Source: Eledone cirrhosa (taxonomy: Eukaryota). From it: 64,000 bases of DNA. The notes below the pieces were generated by a model. That model saw only the letters and a list, made by a program, of their open reading frames with translations, ran no database searches and was not told where the DNA came from. This document shows positions 1 to 11,933 of the stretch, in pieces (the first letter of the stretch is position 1; each line of letters opens with the position of its first letter). The translations under genes and the position numbers were made by a program. The DNA is taken from NCBI GenBank assembly GCA_964016885.1, contig OZ024759.1:35712001-35776000 (forward strand), given 5' to 3'.

Positions 1-29
1 AAGTCCTGGAAATGGAAGAATATTTTAGG

Positions 30-256
30 ATCTTTTTCATTAGAAATATGGTAATGAAAGGGTTAATGACATAGACAGTGTCTTTCATTAGAAATATGGT
101 AATGAAAGGGTTAATGACATAGACAGTGTCTTTCATTAGAAATATGGTAATGAAAGGGTTAATGACATAGACAGTGTCTTTCATTAGAAATATGGTAATG
201 AAAGGGTTAATGACATAGACAGTGTCTTTCATTAGAAATATGGTAATGAAAGGGTT
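30..256. repeat. 48-bp minisatellite (about 4.7 copies), MITE-end derived
   Basis: Unit tctttcattagaaatatggtaatgaaagggttaatgacatagacagtg; same unit at 2955-3090 and 51400-51740. Confidence 0.9.
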
Positions 257-262
257 ACTTAC

Positions 263-418
263 AGCATGTTCCTTAATCTGTTCACAGACTTTCTCTACTA
301 TTTTACTGGGGAACTTAAATCCTCGTATCAAGGTTTCAGCAGAATTTAACCAATCTGTGAATTTCTTTAAGGTTGTGTGGAATTCTTCAACGTGCACCAA
401 ATGTTCTTTCATTTTGTC
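263..418 (-). CDS. MACF1: Spectraplakin (MACF1/dystonin-like) exon, spectrin repeat
   Basis: ttccag acceptor and gtaagt donor; 156 nt, phase 0/0; DKMKEHLVHVEEFHTTLKKFTDWLNSAETLIRGFKFPSKIVEKVCEQIKEHA, with the spectrin-repeat W-L motif. Not in the ORF track. Gene continues beyond the left edge. Confidence 0.9.
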
Positions 419-639
419 CTGGAATGGAATAAAGATGGCATCACAACAGTGAGGACAGTGTGGGTAGAGAGGACAATGATGGCCTGCACTACTAAAAAAA
501 TTAAGGCAATTATGAAATTAGGTGTGCCATTCAGAAAGCCAAACGGGCCTCATGGAGCGCGCAGGCCAGTTTGCCCATGACTGACCTCAGCCTTGCACCT
601 TCATGTATGTATGTGTGTGTGTGTGTGTGACACCGATGC

Positions 640-855
640 AGGTTTAGCTGGCCTCTTCCAAGGTATATCTCGTTGGAGGTGTCTTGGGTGATTTAATGGT
701 AGGGATCCCAGTCCTATCATCTCATTTCTACAGCTGAGTAAACTGGAGCAACATGAAATAAAGTGTCTTGCTCAAGGAAACAACACATCACCCGGTTCGA
801 GAATTGAATTCACAACCTTTCGATTGCAAGCCCAATGCTCTAACCACTAAGCCTT
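640..855 (-). mobile_element. tRNA-derived SINE, family B
   Basis: Minus strand ggcttagtggttagagc...aattcaattc...ccttgagcaagacactt; further copies at about 7010-7233 (-), 11364-11483 (+), 49420-49589 (-). Confidence 0.75.
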
Positions 856-899
856 CACACCTTCATGTATATTATAAGATATCTCTCTAAAATACTTAC

Positions 900-1070
900 C
901 CTCCGTCTAAGAGTTCTGTTCTTCGTTTCATACCACCTTTCTCGTAACTTCTTAAGTTTTTCACTCAACTGGAAGATGTTTTCTGGTTGACACCGGTCCA
1001 TCATGTCCTGACCATTTATTTGCAAAGACTTCACAAAATCTTCCTTTATTTCTAGTTCTTCGCATCGTTT
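900..1070 (-). CDS. MACF1: Spectraplakin exon, spectrin repeat
   Basis: ttattag/gtaagt; 171 nt, phase 0/0; KRCEELEIKEDFVKSLQINGQDMMDRCQPENIFQLSEKLKKLRERWYETKNRTLRRR. Confidence 0.9.
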
Positions 1071-1381
1071 CTAATAAAATTAATGAAAAACAAAATGATA
1101 TATGCAAAAAAAAAAAAACATCCACTCTTACCATTCTTTTCCACATGAAACCACATTAGCAAGATATTCTTGAAAAGTAAAATACACCTTTGTGATTGCA
1201 TCACATTAAATATTAAAGTCTTTACTCTAATACTGCAAATTTTTACAACAATCTCTCCATTAGTAAAGTTATTATAAACATTTAAATTAACAAAGCACAT
1301 GAAACCACATTAGCAAGATATTCTTGAAGAGTATAAAACAACACTATGACTGCATCATTTAAAAAATTAAAGTCTTTACTT

Positions 1382-1593
1382 TAACACTTTAGCATTTACA
1401 TTACACTATATATACTATTGTGCTTTTGCGATGAAGGCTTTCTCTCACATAATATTGAATCTATGAGAATTTGATATTTATTTTGAGAACAATACCTTAA
1501 CATCAGTACGAGTGGCCAGTTACAGCCAGTTTAAACAGAAAGAGGTGAGGGAATTTTGGCCGAATATGGCCAGTTTAAATGCTAAAGGATTAA
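1382..1593. mobile_element. piggyBac-like MITE
   Basis: TTAA flanks and inverted ends ctttagcattta/taaatgctaaag; homologous copy at about 45050-45276. Confidence 0.55.
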
Positions 1594-1643
1594 ATATAAT
1601 TTGATTTTATAAATTGTACATATAATTTGAAAAGTAAACTTAC

Positions 1644-1772
1644 CATGAAATTTTCCAGTTGAACTCGTGCTGTTTCAGGAAGGGCACCGAACGGAGGCTG
1701 GGATTTTAATTCCATGCGAAGGTCGGTGATCCAGTGAAGCATATCGTCAACGTCACCAGAGAATTTCTTCAC
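1644..1772 (-). CDS. MACF1: Spectraplakin exon, spectrin repeat
   Basis: ttaaag/gtaagt; 129 nt; VKKFSGDVDDMLHWITDLRMELKSQPPFGALPETARVQLENFM. The G-x-LPETA-x-x-QL motif is typical of the distal MACF1/DST rod. Confidence 0.92.
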
Positions 1773-1900
1773 CTTTAAATAGAACAGTGGCATGCATAAT
1801 TAATTAATTAACCCAAGGAGTGGATATCATTAAGAGAATCATATATACATACATATATATATATATGGTCCGTATTTGATACAGCCTTATAGTTACTCCT

Positions 1901-2047
<147 letters not shown>

Positions 2048-2205
2048 TATATGTAGTTGACAGCTGAGAGAAAGGAGTACTCAATACTGAAGTAGAGTTT
2101 TAATATTTATCTATATTAAGGCTAAATAGTGAGTCTCGTTACTCTGGAGTTTCGCCTGTTTATACAGAGTAATATAACACACGTTTTAGCCTTAATATAA
2201 ATGAA

Positions 2206-2246
<41 letters not shown>

Positions 2247-3552
2247 AACACAACATGGAACAAACATATCCATTACCACATGAAAACTAAGTCATCCGAT
2301 ATTTCTTGTATAGCAATTCAGCAGTCTATGTATTCACTGCCACATGGAATTCAGTTTTGGTATATATTTGTCAATTACCACATGATATTAATTCTGTAAA
2401 CTTTCAAGGCTCATGTAGTATTAATCCAAGTAGAACCACATGTATATTATTTGAAACAATATCAAATTAAATTTTCAGATATTCATGTTTTATAATAAAT
2501 ATTATGCAGAGTTTTAAATCTTGGCTGTGGAATATTTTCCGATAAATTTAAATTCTTCCCATAATTTCAATTTTAATCCATTTGATACCAAATCTCTTGA
2601 AATCACCTATGGTTCTAAGATACAAAACTATGCATTATAAAATGTGTATATTTATCTTAAATACTTCCATCATAACTTTGCTGTGTTGTGTTCCCAGCAC
2701 TGAATAAATAATGAGAAATTTAGTTATATTAAATCTCTCCAAATTCTACATTATTTTCAAAGTTTTTTCAAAATCATAGGCAGAGTCTTTCTTTAGACTT
2801 ATGGTAACAAAAGGTTTAACTGTTTATATTCATCTAAAAACCTGGCATCATAATTTTATGTAAAACTTTTTGTCAAGATAAATAATGGGGAAGTTATATT
2901 ACTAAATACCACCAAATTCTAGATTATTAAAAAAAATATATAAAAATCACAGACAGGGTCTTTCACTAGAAATATGGTAACAAAAGGGTTAAAGACACAG
3001 ACAGTGTCTTTCACTAGAAATATGGTAATGAAAGGATTAAAGACATAGGTAGTGTCTTTCACTAGAAATATGGTAACAAAGGGGTTAAAATAGAAAAAAT
3101 TTCCAAGCAGAATGTGAGTGAATTTCTACTAAAACTAGTGAAATTGTTTTGTTAGTTTTAAAATTGTCTAAGATATTCTGATCGGATGTCTTGAGAGAAA
3201 GGTGAGATCCAGTACACAAGACAGTGTATCTAATTAGCAAAAAAGATGTTTAATTAAATGAAATTCTAGAAAGCAATTTCTCTAATTATAGTCAGAGTTG
3301 TTAGTGTAGAACTGTAATTAAAATATCTGAGTAATTAATGACAGTCATTAGTGATGTGTCTTTTAATTAAAGTGTAACGAGAAGATTAAGCTTCTGGCAG
3401 TAAGTTTTTCTAGAGAAAAGTGAAATGTTAAACTCCCTTTGATCATAGGTGTACTTAGCCAGAAACTACCTAGGGCTAAACAATAACCACAGTAACTAGT
3501 ATATCCCACCCTACCACATCACCACCACATGCCCCTACCACCATCAAGGTGA

Positions 3553-3589
<37 letters not shown>

Positions 3590-3593
<4 letters not shown>

Positions 3594-3850
3594 AAGAAAA
3601 CAGCACAGTTCCCATGACTTCCGGAAACATTTTTTCACGCTCAGAGTTGCTGAAGCATGGAACAAACTACCTGCATCAGTTGTTAGCTGTCGAGACACTG
3701 CATCCTTTAAGGCCTCCATGCTTCCTGAGATCCGCCAACACTACAGCTAACACATACAAACATGTACTTCCCTGACATTTGTGTATTATTCTATGTACTA
3801 TATTGACGAGTTGTAGTGCACTTGAGCACTTTACACAATAATTTCATTAT
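3590..3850 (+). mobile_element. CR1/L2-type LINE 3' fragment
   Basis: Encodes HDFRKHFFTLRVAEAWNKLPASVVSCRDTASFK (CR1 ORF2 C-terminal FF-x-x-RV...WN-x-LP motif) then a 3' UTR and (ATT)n; opposite-strand partial copy at about 53880-54108. Confidence 0.8.
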
Positions 3851-3879
3851 TATTATTATTATATATATTATACACATAA

Positions 3880-4069
3880 TTGTTTCTAGTTTTGTCACAA
3901 GACCAGCAATTATCCCAGTGTATAACTGGTACTTTATTTTATCGACCCCGTAAAGATGAAAGGCAAAGTTAACCTCAGCAGGATTTGAACCCAGACCATA
4001 AAGGGCCATAACTCTATGCTGTAAAGCATGTCGTCCGACCCTCTACCGATACGGCCAATTCACCATCCT
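3880..4069 (-). mobile_element. tRNA-derived SINE, family A
   Basis: A/B-box-like head plus core gcctttcatc...ggggtcgataaaataaagtaccag; copies at about 5970-6325 (two), 9181-9591, 18349-18711 (two), 33805-33946 (+), 35560-35898 (two), 58898-59059. Confidence 0.85.
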
Positions 4070-4296
4070 ATATATACATATAATATATAATGTTATATAT
4101 TATATATACATTATATATATATAGTAGATAGGTATTGTTACTTTGGCCTATACAGAACACCAATCCCACCTCCACACACCTGGGGGAATCACTAGAGTAA
4201 CCTTGTCACTTCCTGCTTAATTGCCAACAGTCCAACCATGACACAGGTAGCATTAGTTTATATGAATACCTGTAGCAGATCACTTCCTCTCACCTG

Positions 4297-4334
<38 letters not shown>

Positions 4335-4339
<5 letters not shown>

Positions 4340-4700
4340 CATACATACAAAGTGTTATAACGATCAAATTTTAGTTTAGAACATTTATTTGCTGACAATT
4401 GTTTCTTCCAGAAGGAAGTCTGGAATCATCTGAGCATAAGGAATGTCGAAAATGTGTAACTAAAATCCTAGTCATTTAGAACATATAGGGTACATAATTG
4501 TTTTTAGTGTCAAAGGTAACCTGTGGAGAGTCAAGAGTTAAAAAGATGTTTTGCTTGAAAGAACACAATTACAGGTAGCAGTGGTTGGAAGTGTAAGATG
4601 TATAAGAGAAAAGCACAAGCCAAAAAAAATTCAGGGAAAAAAAAGTTACAAGCAAGGAAAATTGTTGTACAATGCAGAGAAAATTTCGCTCTACATGGCT
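4335..4700. mobile_element. Interspersed repeat carrying a hammerhead-like motif (Penelope-like remnant)
   Basis: About 350 bp closely similar to 15415-15730; both start at a (TA)n tract. Confidence 0.6.
4390..4436 (-). ncRNA. Hammerhead-like motif, core variant (U4 to A)
   Basis: Minus strand: tgct-CAGATGA-ttccaga(cttcct)tctggaa-GAAA-caattg-TC-agca. Confidence 0.55.
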
Positions 4701-5208
4701 GAATATAATAAATGTAATCGAATCGAATGTTATTATTAATATTCGAAAAACTCAGATTACATTTATTATATATATATAAATATAAAAAATGACACAGGTA
4801 GTAATGTGGTTTATATGATTACTTATTACAGGTGAGATTAGTTATTCTCACATGACAATATATTTATAATTATATGAAAGAATGAAAAAGAAATATAATG
4901 TTTTGAAACAAGTAATATTGTATCTTCAGTCAATCAGCTCTTCAGACTGGCAATCCAACAAAAAATATAGCGTTTAATATATATATAAATAAATAATTAC
5001 AACAGTGACATAAATGGGTTCCCAAGTTTTGTTGAATTCTGGGCCCCAACTCATTCAGCCTGTCATGAGAAAAGAATCTGTCACTGTTGTAATTATTTAC
5101 ACTAAACTCGTCCTATGGACTGAATGTTCCTACTTTTGGATATTTCCACTTAACTTTTACTTCAGTATATATATATGATCTGATATATATATATAAATGC
5201 ATGGTCTG

Positions 5209-5249
<41 letters not shown>

Positions 5250-5743
5250 CATATTTATATAGATGCATACATACATATATTTATATACACCCTTTTTTAA
5301 TGTCCTTCCACTACTCCCCCTCACAACCTCGGAACTATTTTCTTGCCCACTTTTCTCCTGATGAAGGGCTGATGACTGAAACGTCGTCCCCCACCCCCCA
5401 CTCAGCTTGAAACTAATATTAACATTTTGTACTGCCTCTTGACTTCCACGTTGTTGTTTACTCTTTCAACTATAATATATACCCAAATATCAACGGAGTC
5501 ATAGACTCTCGTTATTCCCTGTAAATTATGTGTTCAAAGGAAAAGGAATCCTGAGCTCTTCAAATACAATATGTAGAAAGGATAACACACTAGAGAGAGA
5601 GTGTGCGATCAAAGAACAGGGAAACCACCAGTGTATGGAATCTATAAACTACGGAAGGTAAGGTAGACACATAATAATTAAATATATAAATATATAAATA
5701 TATATATATATATACAGACAGGGATATAATGATGATGACTTAC

Positions 5744-5938
5744 ATAACGAAGAGTTTCTTGCAGTTTATTTTCTTGATCTTTGCTTCTGATTTCCACATC
5801 TCTCAAAAGTTTAGAAACATCATTTATCTTCTGTAGAAGAGGAGAGTTCACATCTCCTGAGCCAGATATCAACTGATCTACAGCATTCTTTAGCTTTGTT
5901 GTTGTTGAGCTTTGGTTCCTCACATCATCTTGTATCAA
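5744..5938 (-). CDS. MACF1: Spectraplakin exon, spectrin repeat
   Basis: tttcag/gtaagt; 195 nt; LIQDDVRNQSSTTTKLKNAVDQL...QENKLQETLRY. Confidence 0.9.
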
Positions 5939-7316
5939 CTGAAACAGGGAAAAGTAACAACTAAAATAATTGTTTCTACTATAGACACAAGGCCAGCAAT
6001 TTTGGGGGATAGGAAAGTTGATTAAATTAACCCCAGTACATGACTGGTACTTTATTTTATCGAACCCGTAAGGATGACAGGCAAAGCTAGCCTTGGCGTG
6101 AATAATAATAATAATGGTTTCTGATTTAGGCACAAGGCCAGCAATTTGAAGGAGAGAGGAAAGTCAATTAAATCTACCCCAGTGTATTACTGGTACTTTA
6201 TTCTATCAACCCTGTAAGGATGAAAGGCAAAGCTAACCTCGGCGGGATTTGAACACAGAATATAAAGGGCCGTAACACTATGCCGCAAAGCATGGTGTCC
6301 GATGCTCTACCGATACTGCCAATACACAACAGTGAATCATCATCATCATCATTTAACATCTATTTTGGGGTTTAAACGAGTGGCCCACCTCATGAGACAA
6401 TGTCTATGTTTCCATACTTGTATGGGTTAGACGGTCACCAAGACAGTATTACCTCAGGTGATAACGAGTCTTTCAATTACACACTACAACAGGTAATGTT
6501 GCTGTTGCCCTTTAAATATTTAATACTAGGTACAGATTATATAAGAGGGATCTATATCAGCCGTGATCTATTAAATCTAAGTAAGAAGGAGCTATAGTAG
6601 CCATGTACTATTAAAGCTCAGTCCAGACGATGTAACATCATCGTCATCATCCAGCAGCCTCAGCCGAAATTGACCCAACAATTGATCTCCACGTTGGTCT
6701 GTCATTCATTGCCAACTCCTGGATTTCAATACCAGAATCTCTGGAGATGACATCGGGATAGGAGAGCTTGTGTCCCCTGTTATTAGTGACTGCTTGTGGT
6801 TTCTAAAGTACTAATGGGAATCACAGCCTCATAGGTGGCACGATCTAACACAGGGCTATGGTAGCCTTGTTTTAATGAGTACATAGTAGCCATGTACTAT
6901 TAAAGCTAAGTCCAGACTGTAACACAGGGCTATGGTAGCCCCCTGTATTGTGTGTGTGTGTGTGTGTGACAGCTCACACCTATGTGTGTGTGTGTAACAG
7001 CTCACACCTCTGCAGGTTTAGCTGGCCTCCTACATGGTTGCATCTCGTTGGTGTCTTGGGTGATTTAATGATAGGGAACCCACTCCCTATCATCTCATTT
7101 CTACAGCTGAGTAAACTGGAGCAACGTGAAATAAAGTGTCTTGCTCAAGGAAACAACACATCACCCGGTCCGAGAATTGAACTCACAACCTTTAGATTGC
7201 AAGCTCGATGCTCTAACCACTAAGCCATGTGCCTTGTGTATTGCTAGAGAATGACACTTTTTAAGAAACACGGAAAGAAAAAATAACAAAAAAAAAAACA
7301 AAAGACAAGACCCTAC

Positions 7317-7472
7317 CTGAAGCTTCTTCAATTGTGTCTCAATACATTTAGGATCACCAATAACCTTGTCTAAGACATCAATGTCCTTCTTTATGTTCTT
7401 CAAACTTCCAAACACATTTTCAATGGCGTTATCAATTTCTCCCACCTTTACTTGAGTTTCATTTAAATTTGA
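7317..7472 (-). CDS. MACF1: Spectraplakin exon, spectrin repeat
   Basis: ctttcag/gtaggg; 156 nt; SNLNETQVKVGEIDNAIENVFGSL...VIGDPKCIETQLKKLQ (GDPK-x-IE motif). Confidence 0.9.
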
Positions 7473-7863
7473 CTGAAAGAAATTTTAAAACCTTCCATGT
7501 TAACCCTTCTTATAAATATTTTCATCTTTCATGTTAACCCTTTAAAGAAATTGTAAAATCGTTCATGTTAACCCTTCCAATAAAATTTAAAATCTTCCAT
7601 GTTAACCCTTCTTATAAATTTCAAAATCTTCCATGTTAACCCTTCTTATAAATTTCAAAATCTTTCATGTTAACCCTTCAAAGAAATTTTATGTTAACCA
7701 TATTTTTAACAAGAATATACAATGATACAGTCTTTGTGTTTTAATTATCAAAATAATATAGATGTATGTATAGTATATTTGGCAATATACCGTATGTTTA
7801 ATTAAAAACATTCAGAAGACCATACACTATCAGTTTTAAAGTAGTGACTATGTCACTTACTTC

Positions 7864-7954
7864 TTTTCGGCGAAAGAAGGGAGAGAAGCTGACAGTCCGT
7901 TTCACGCTGGTTGGCGTTCATCAGAACCTCGCACTCCCCTGCTTCTGCCGAAAA
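7864..7954 (-). ncRNA. Minimal type-I hammerhead ribozyme motif
   Basis: Minus strand: gaggtt-CTGATGA-acgc(caacca)gcgt-GAAA-c(ggact)g-TC-agcttc. Core intact, helix II 4 bp, GUC triplet, helix I extends to ttttcggc/gccgaaaa. Confidence 0.75.
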
Positions 7955-8232
7955 TTATAGAAGCTGGATTCTTATAGAATTCCAGTAATAATCAGGAGCT
8001 GATTACACAGAGCAATTGCCTGTCCTGTTTGGTGAAATAATTAACTTTCAATTTAATAATGGATTTTTTTTAACAACTTGTAAATATTTAAATGTGAAAT
8101 AGAATAAAATAGCTCTGGGTGGGTGTATATATATATATCTATAGCAGGGTGGTGTATATAGCATAGTGAGGGTGTAGAATAGCATGGGATGGATGTATAT
8201 AGTGTGGGGTAGATGTATTGTATGTATGTATG

Positions 8233-8264
<32 letters not shown>

Positions 8265-8564
8265 CTCATTTCATGTTATATACATACATCCCATACTATA
8301 TGTGTGTTGTGTGTGTATATACAATATTACAGATTTTTTGCAATACAGTGAGGTGTATATAACATTACAGGGTGTATACAGCAATAGTGGGTGTATATAT
8401 GAGATAACTACAACATAAACAACTGTTGGTGCCATACACAGTTACCTGCTCTTCCTGAAAATATTTCCCAGGGACGCCAATTAAAGGTAGACAACAACAG
8501 TGGAAGAAAGAGAGTAAATAATACAGGTTAGCATTACTGAATGGTGGATATGAGTAGTGGGATT

Positions 8565-9091
8565 TGGTAGGGTTTAGGACTTGGGGTGGTTACATGGAGT
8601 TTGGGGTTAGGGTTTAGGACTTGGGGTGGTTAGATGGAGTTTGGGGTTAGGGTTTAGGACTTGGGGTGGTTAGATGGAGTTTGGGGTTAGGGTTTAGGAC
8701 TTGGTGTGGTTAGATGGAGTTTGGGGTTAGGGTTTAGGACTTGGGGTGGTTAGATGGAGTTTGGGGTGGTTAGATGGAGTTTGGGGTTAGGGTTTAGGAC
8801 TTGGGGTGGTTAGATGGAGTTTGGGGTTAGGGTTTAGGACTTGGGGTGGTTAGATGAAGCTTGGGGTTAGGGTTTAGGACTTGGTGTGGTTAGATGGAGT
8901 TTGGGGTTAGGGTTTAGGACTTGGGGTGGTTAGATGAAGCTTGGGGTTAGGGTTTAGGACTTGGTGTGGTTAGATGGAGTTTGGGGTTAGGGTTTAGGAC
9001 TTGGGGTGGTTAGATGAAGCTTGGGGTTAGGGTTTAGGACTTGGTGTGGTTAGATGGAGTTTGGGGTTAGGGTTTAGGACTTGGTGTGGTT
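8565..9091. repeat. 40-bp G-rich minisatellite containing TTAGGG (about 13 copies)
   Basis: Unit ttggggttagggtttaggacttggggtggttagatggagt. Confidence 0.92.
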
Positions 9092-9325
9092 TGCTATTGA
9101 AAGGGTTGAATACTTTAACTGGATTAAGAACAAATGAAACATTTTTAGTTCTAACATCGTGGAGTTATTTACCAAAATAATTGTTTCTACTTTTGGCACA
9201 AGGCCAGTAATTATCCCAGTGTATTACTGGTACTTTATTTTATCAACCTTGTAAGGATGAAAGGCAAAGTTAACCTCAGCTGGATTTGAACTCAGATCAT
9301 ACAGGGAGGTAACTATGCTTCAAAG

Positions 9326-9591
9326 CATGGTGTCCGACCCTCTACCGATACTGCCAATCCACCGCCCTAGCATGGTGTCCGACCCTCTACCGATACTGCC
9401 AACCCACTGCCCTAGCATGGTGTCCGACCCTCTACCGATACTGCCAACCCACCGCCCTAGCATGGTGTCCGACCCTCTACCGATACTGCCAATCCACCGC
9501 CCTAGCATGGTGTCCGACCCTCTACCGATACTGCCAATCCACCGCCCTAGCATGGTGTCCGACCCTCTACCGATACTGCCAATCCACCGCC
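9326..9591 (-). repeat. 45-bp tandem repeat (6 copies) of a SINE 5' head
   Basis: Unit catggtgtccgaccctctaccgatactgccaatccaccgccctag, continuous with the SINE at 9181-9325. Confidence 0.9.
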
Positions 9592-9823
9592 TGAATCTAT
9601 TGGTCAGTAGTCTGACCAATAATGTTACCCACATCTTGGTCAGTTCAATAACTCCATTAATTAATCTTACCTAAATAACGAAGGCAGAATTACCCACCTC
9701 TCAGTTAGTATTATTAATCTTTTAATCTTAACTAATTAATTAAAATAGAGTTACCCACATCTTGGTCATTAGAATTTACCCATTAATTTACCTTAGCTAA
9801 TTAACAAAGTTAAAATTACCCAC

Positions 9824-9991
9824 CTCTCGATAAGCAATTCCTTTAATTAAATCATTCCACTGCTCGTTAATCTCGCTAACAGGTTTAACGAGATATTCAG
9901 CAGCCACAGGTGAGAGGTCATTCAATGCAGTCATGTGTTGGTTGAGGCTATCAACATCCGTGACGTGGGGGTGAGTTTGTTTCTTGAACAG
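9824..9991 (-). CDS. MACF1: Spectraplakin exon, spectrin repeat
   Basis: ctttcag/gtgggt; 168 nt; LFKKQTHPHVTDVDSLNQHMTALNDLSPVAAEYLVKPVSEINEQWNDLIKGIAYRE. Not in the ORF track. Confidence 0.88.
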
Positions 9992-10046
9992 CTGAAAGAA
10001 AATATTATTGGTTAGAATGAATGAATATACATTATATATATATATA

Positions 10047-10310
10047 TCATCATCATCATCGTTTAACGTCCATCTTCCACGCTAGCATGGGTTTGGACGG
10101 GAATTTTCCCACTTGAGGCAAGACTGGTTGTCCTGCTCATATAGGACTGTCTGGCGGGTTTTCTACGGCTGGATGCCTTTCCTAACACCAACCACGTTTA
10201 CAGTGTGGACTGGGAGGTTTTTACCGTGTTACCTACACGGCCACATTACAGCGTGGACTGTGTGTTATTTTTGTTGTGACACCTACACGACCTCATTTAT
10301 TTCGGACTGG
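10047..10310. mobile_element. Interspersed retroposon family C with (CAT)n end
   Basis: catcatcgtttaacgtccatcttccacgctagcatggg...ctacggctggatgccYttcctaacac; copies at about 25149-25415 and 32918-33160, fragments elsewhere. Confidence 0.7.
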
Positions 10311-10461
10311 ATATATATATATATATAATAATAATAATATTATTTATACTTATGAGTTATATATAATTATAAATATGAAAGGGCAGTATTAAGCTCTACC
10401 CAATTACCAGTAAGAGAAAAAGTTCAATGTAAATTATCCGATGTATTACAGAGCAGAGGTA

Positions 10462-10510
<49 letters not shown>

Positions 10511-10598
10511 GAGGTTATATTTAATTCGGTGGATAGCGAATTTTCAACCATCAAGGCTGTTTTCCATAGTTATGTCACTATTTATAAAACAAATTTTG

Positions 10599-10663
10599 TA
10601 TTTTATCTGATGAAAGCACACCAATGTTGTCTTGGTTGCCCTTGAAATATATATAATAAAATA
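10599..10663 (+). ncRNA. Minimal type-I hammerhead ribozyme motif
   Basis: tattttat-CTGATGA-aag...accaa/ttggt...ctt-GAAA-tatata-TA-ataaaata. Helix I 8 bp, extended by tttataaaac/gttttataaa; palindromic helix III. Confidence 0.7.
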
Positions 10664-10689
10664 ATTATGGTTTTATAAATATAGTTTCC

Positions 10690-10722
<33 letters not shown>

Positions 10723-10968
10723 AATTCAGCGAGAATCGCATTTCGGCGGGTAGAAAAAGCGAAACATAACGCAAATTCAGAGTCGTGCTGGCAAGCTCTC
10801 CATAGTTTAAAAGAACCAGAGCTATAAACACGTTATAAACGCCAAACTGAGAAGGCGGTCAATATATATATCCCGGGTTCAATCGGGGGTAACAACAGTA
10901 AGGTACTCAATACAAAGCACACGTGTGTGTGTGTGTATGTATATACACATTTTATATATTTATGAATT

Positions 10969-11002
<34 letters not shown>

Positions 11003-11200
11003 AATTTGAGTTGTACATCATAGAAGGTAACTAAAAGGGTTGGTAGCAGGAACGGTACCCATCTATTTCACCCCCAAAACCTGAGTGGGTCAACTCAAGT
11101 CTATGGGAAATGACACTTGCCCAAAATACCATTCTGTGGGTGGGGTGTTTAACCCAGGACCTATTGCTGTGTCCTTTATTAAGATCACAGATCATCTTAC

Positions 11201-11302
11201 CTTCAGTTCTTCAATTTGGTTCCTTAACAAAACCTTATCTGTTGTTGGAACTTTCATAACAGACAACTTCTGTTGGGAGACTGGAAGCCAACTTCTTATA
11301 GC
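11201..11302 (-). CDS. MACF1: Spectraplakin exon, spectrin repeat
   Basis: tttgcag/gtaaga; 102 nt; AIRSWLPVSQQKLSVMKVPTTDKVLLRNQIEELK. Confidence 0.88.
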
Positions 11303-11708
11303 CTGCAAAACAACAAAACAAAAGGTTACTTTCTCTTACAGTTCTTTCATTTCTTCACTGGAGGCTCGTGGCCTTGTGGTGAGGGTGTTGGGCTTACAAC
11401 ATTATGTTGTGGGTTCAATTCCTGGACTGGGCTGTGTCTTTTGTTCTTCAACAAAACAAACACTTCATTTCACATTGCTCCAGTATATCATCATCATCAT
11501 CATCATCATACGTCCGCTTCTCTCTGCTTGCAAGGGTGGGACGGGTCCTATTCAGCACAGCATCTCTATACTCAGATGAAAATGAGTACCACCAATAGCA
11601 ACAAAAACAGATACAGCAATAACAACAACAACAGATACAGCAATAACAACAGATACAGCAATAACAACAACAACAGATACAGCAATAATAAAATCTTTAA
11701 ATGCTTAC

Positions 11709-11933
11709 ATCAATTGTAACTTGGAATTTCTTAGCATATCCAAGAGCAGCGTTTAACTCTTCTTCCCGTTCATACGCCACATCATTTAAATCTTCTGCTA
11801 CATTATCAATGTCCTCCAGTTGTTTATGGACCTCAATTTTACCAGAATCCCCACACAAAGATGACAGTTTCCCCCCTAATGTACGGCATTCTGCAGTTAT
11901 TATCACAGCATTTTCTTGTGCCTGACGAATCTC
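11709..11933 (-). CDS. MACF1: Spectraplakin exon, spectrin repeat
   Basis: ttatcag/gtaagc; 225 nt; EIRQAQENAVIITAECRTLGGKLSSLCG...EREEELNAALGYAKKFQVTID. Confidence 0.88.

Noticed and set aside
5355-5392. Hammerhead at ctgatgaagggctgatgactgaaacgtc
   Set aside because: Helix II is only about 2 bp and there is no helix I pairing; at most a decayed remnant.
8565-9091. True telomere
   Set aside because: TTAGGG is embedded in a 40-bp unit inside an intron, not a pure terminal array.
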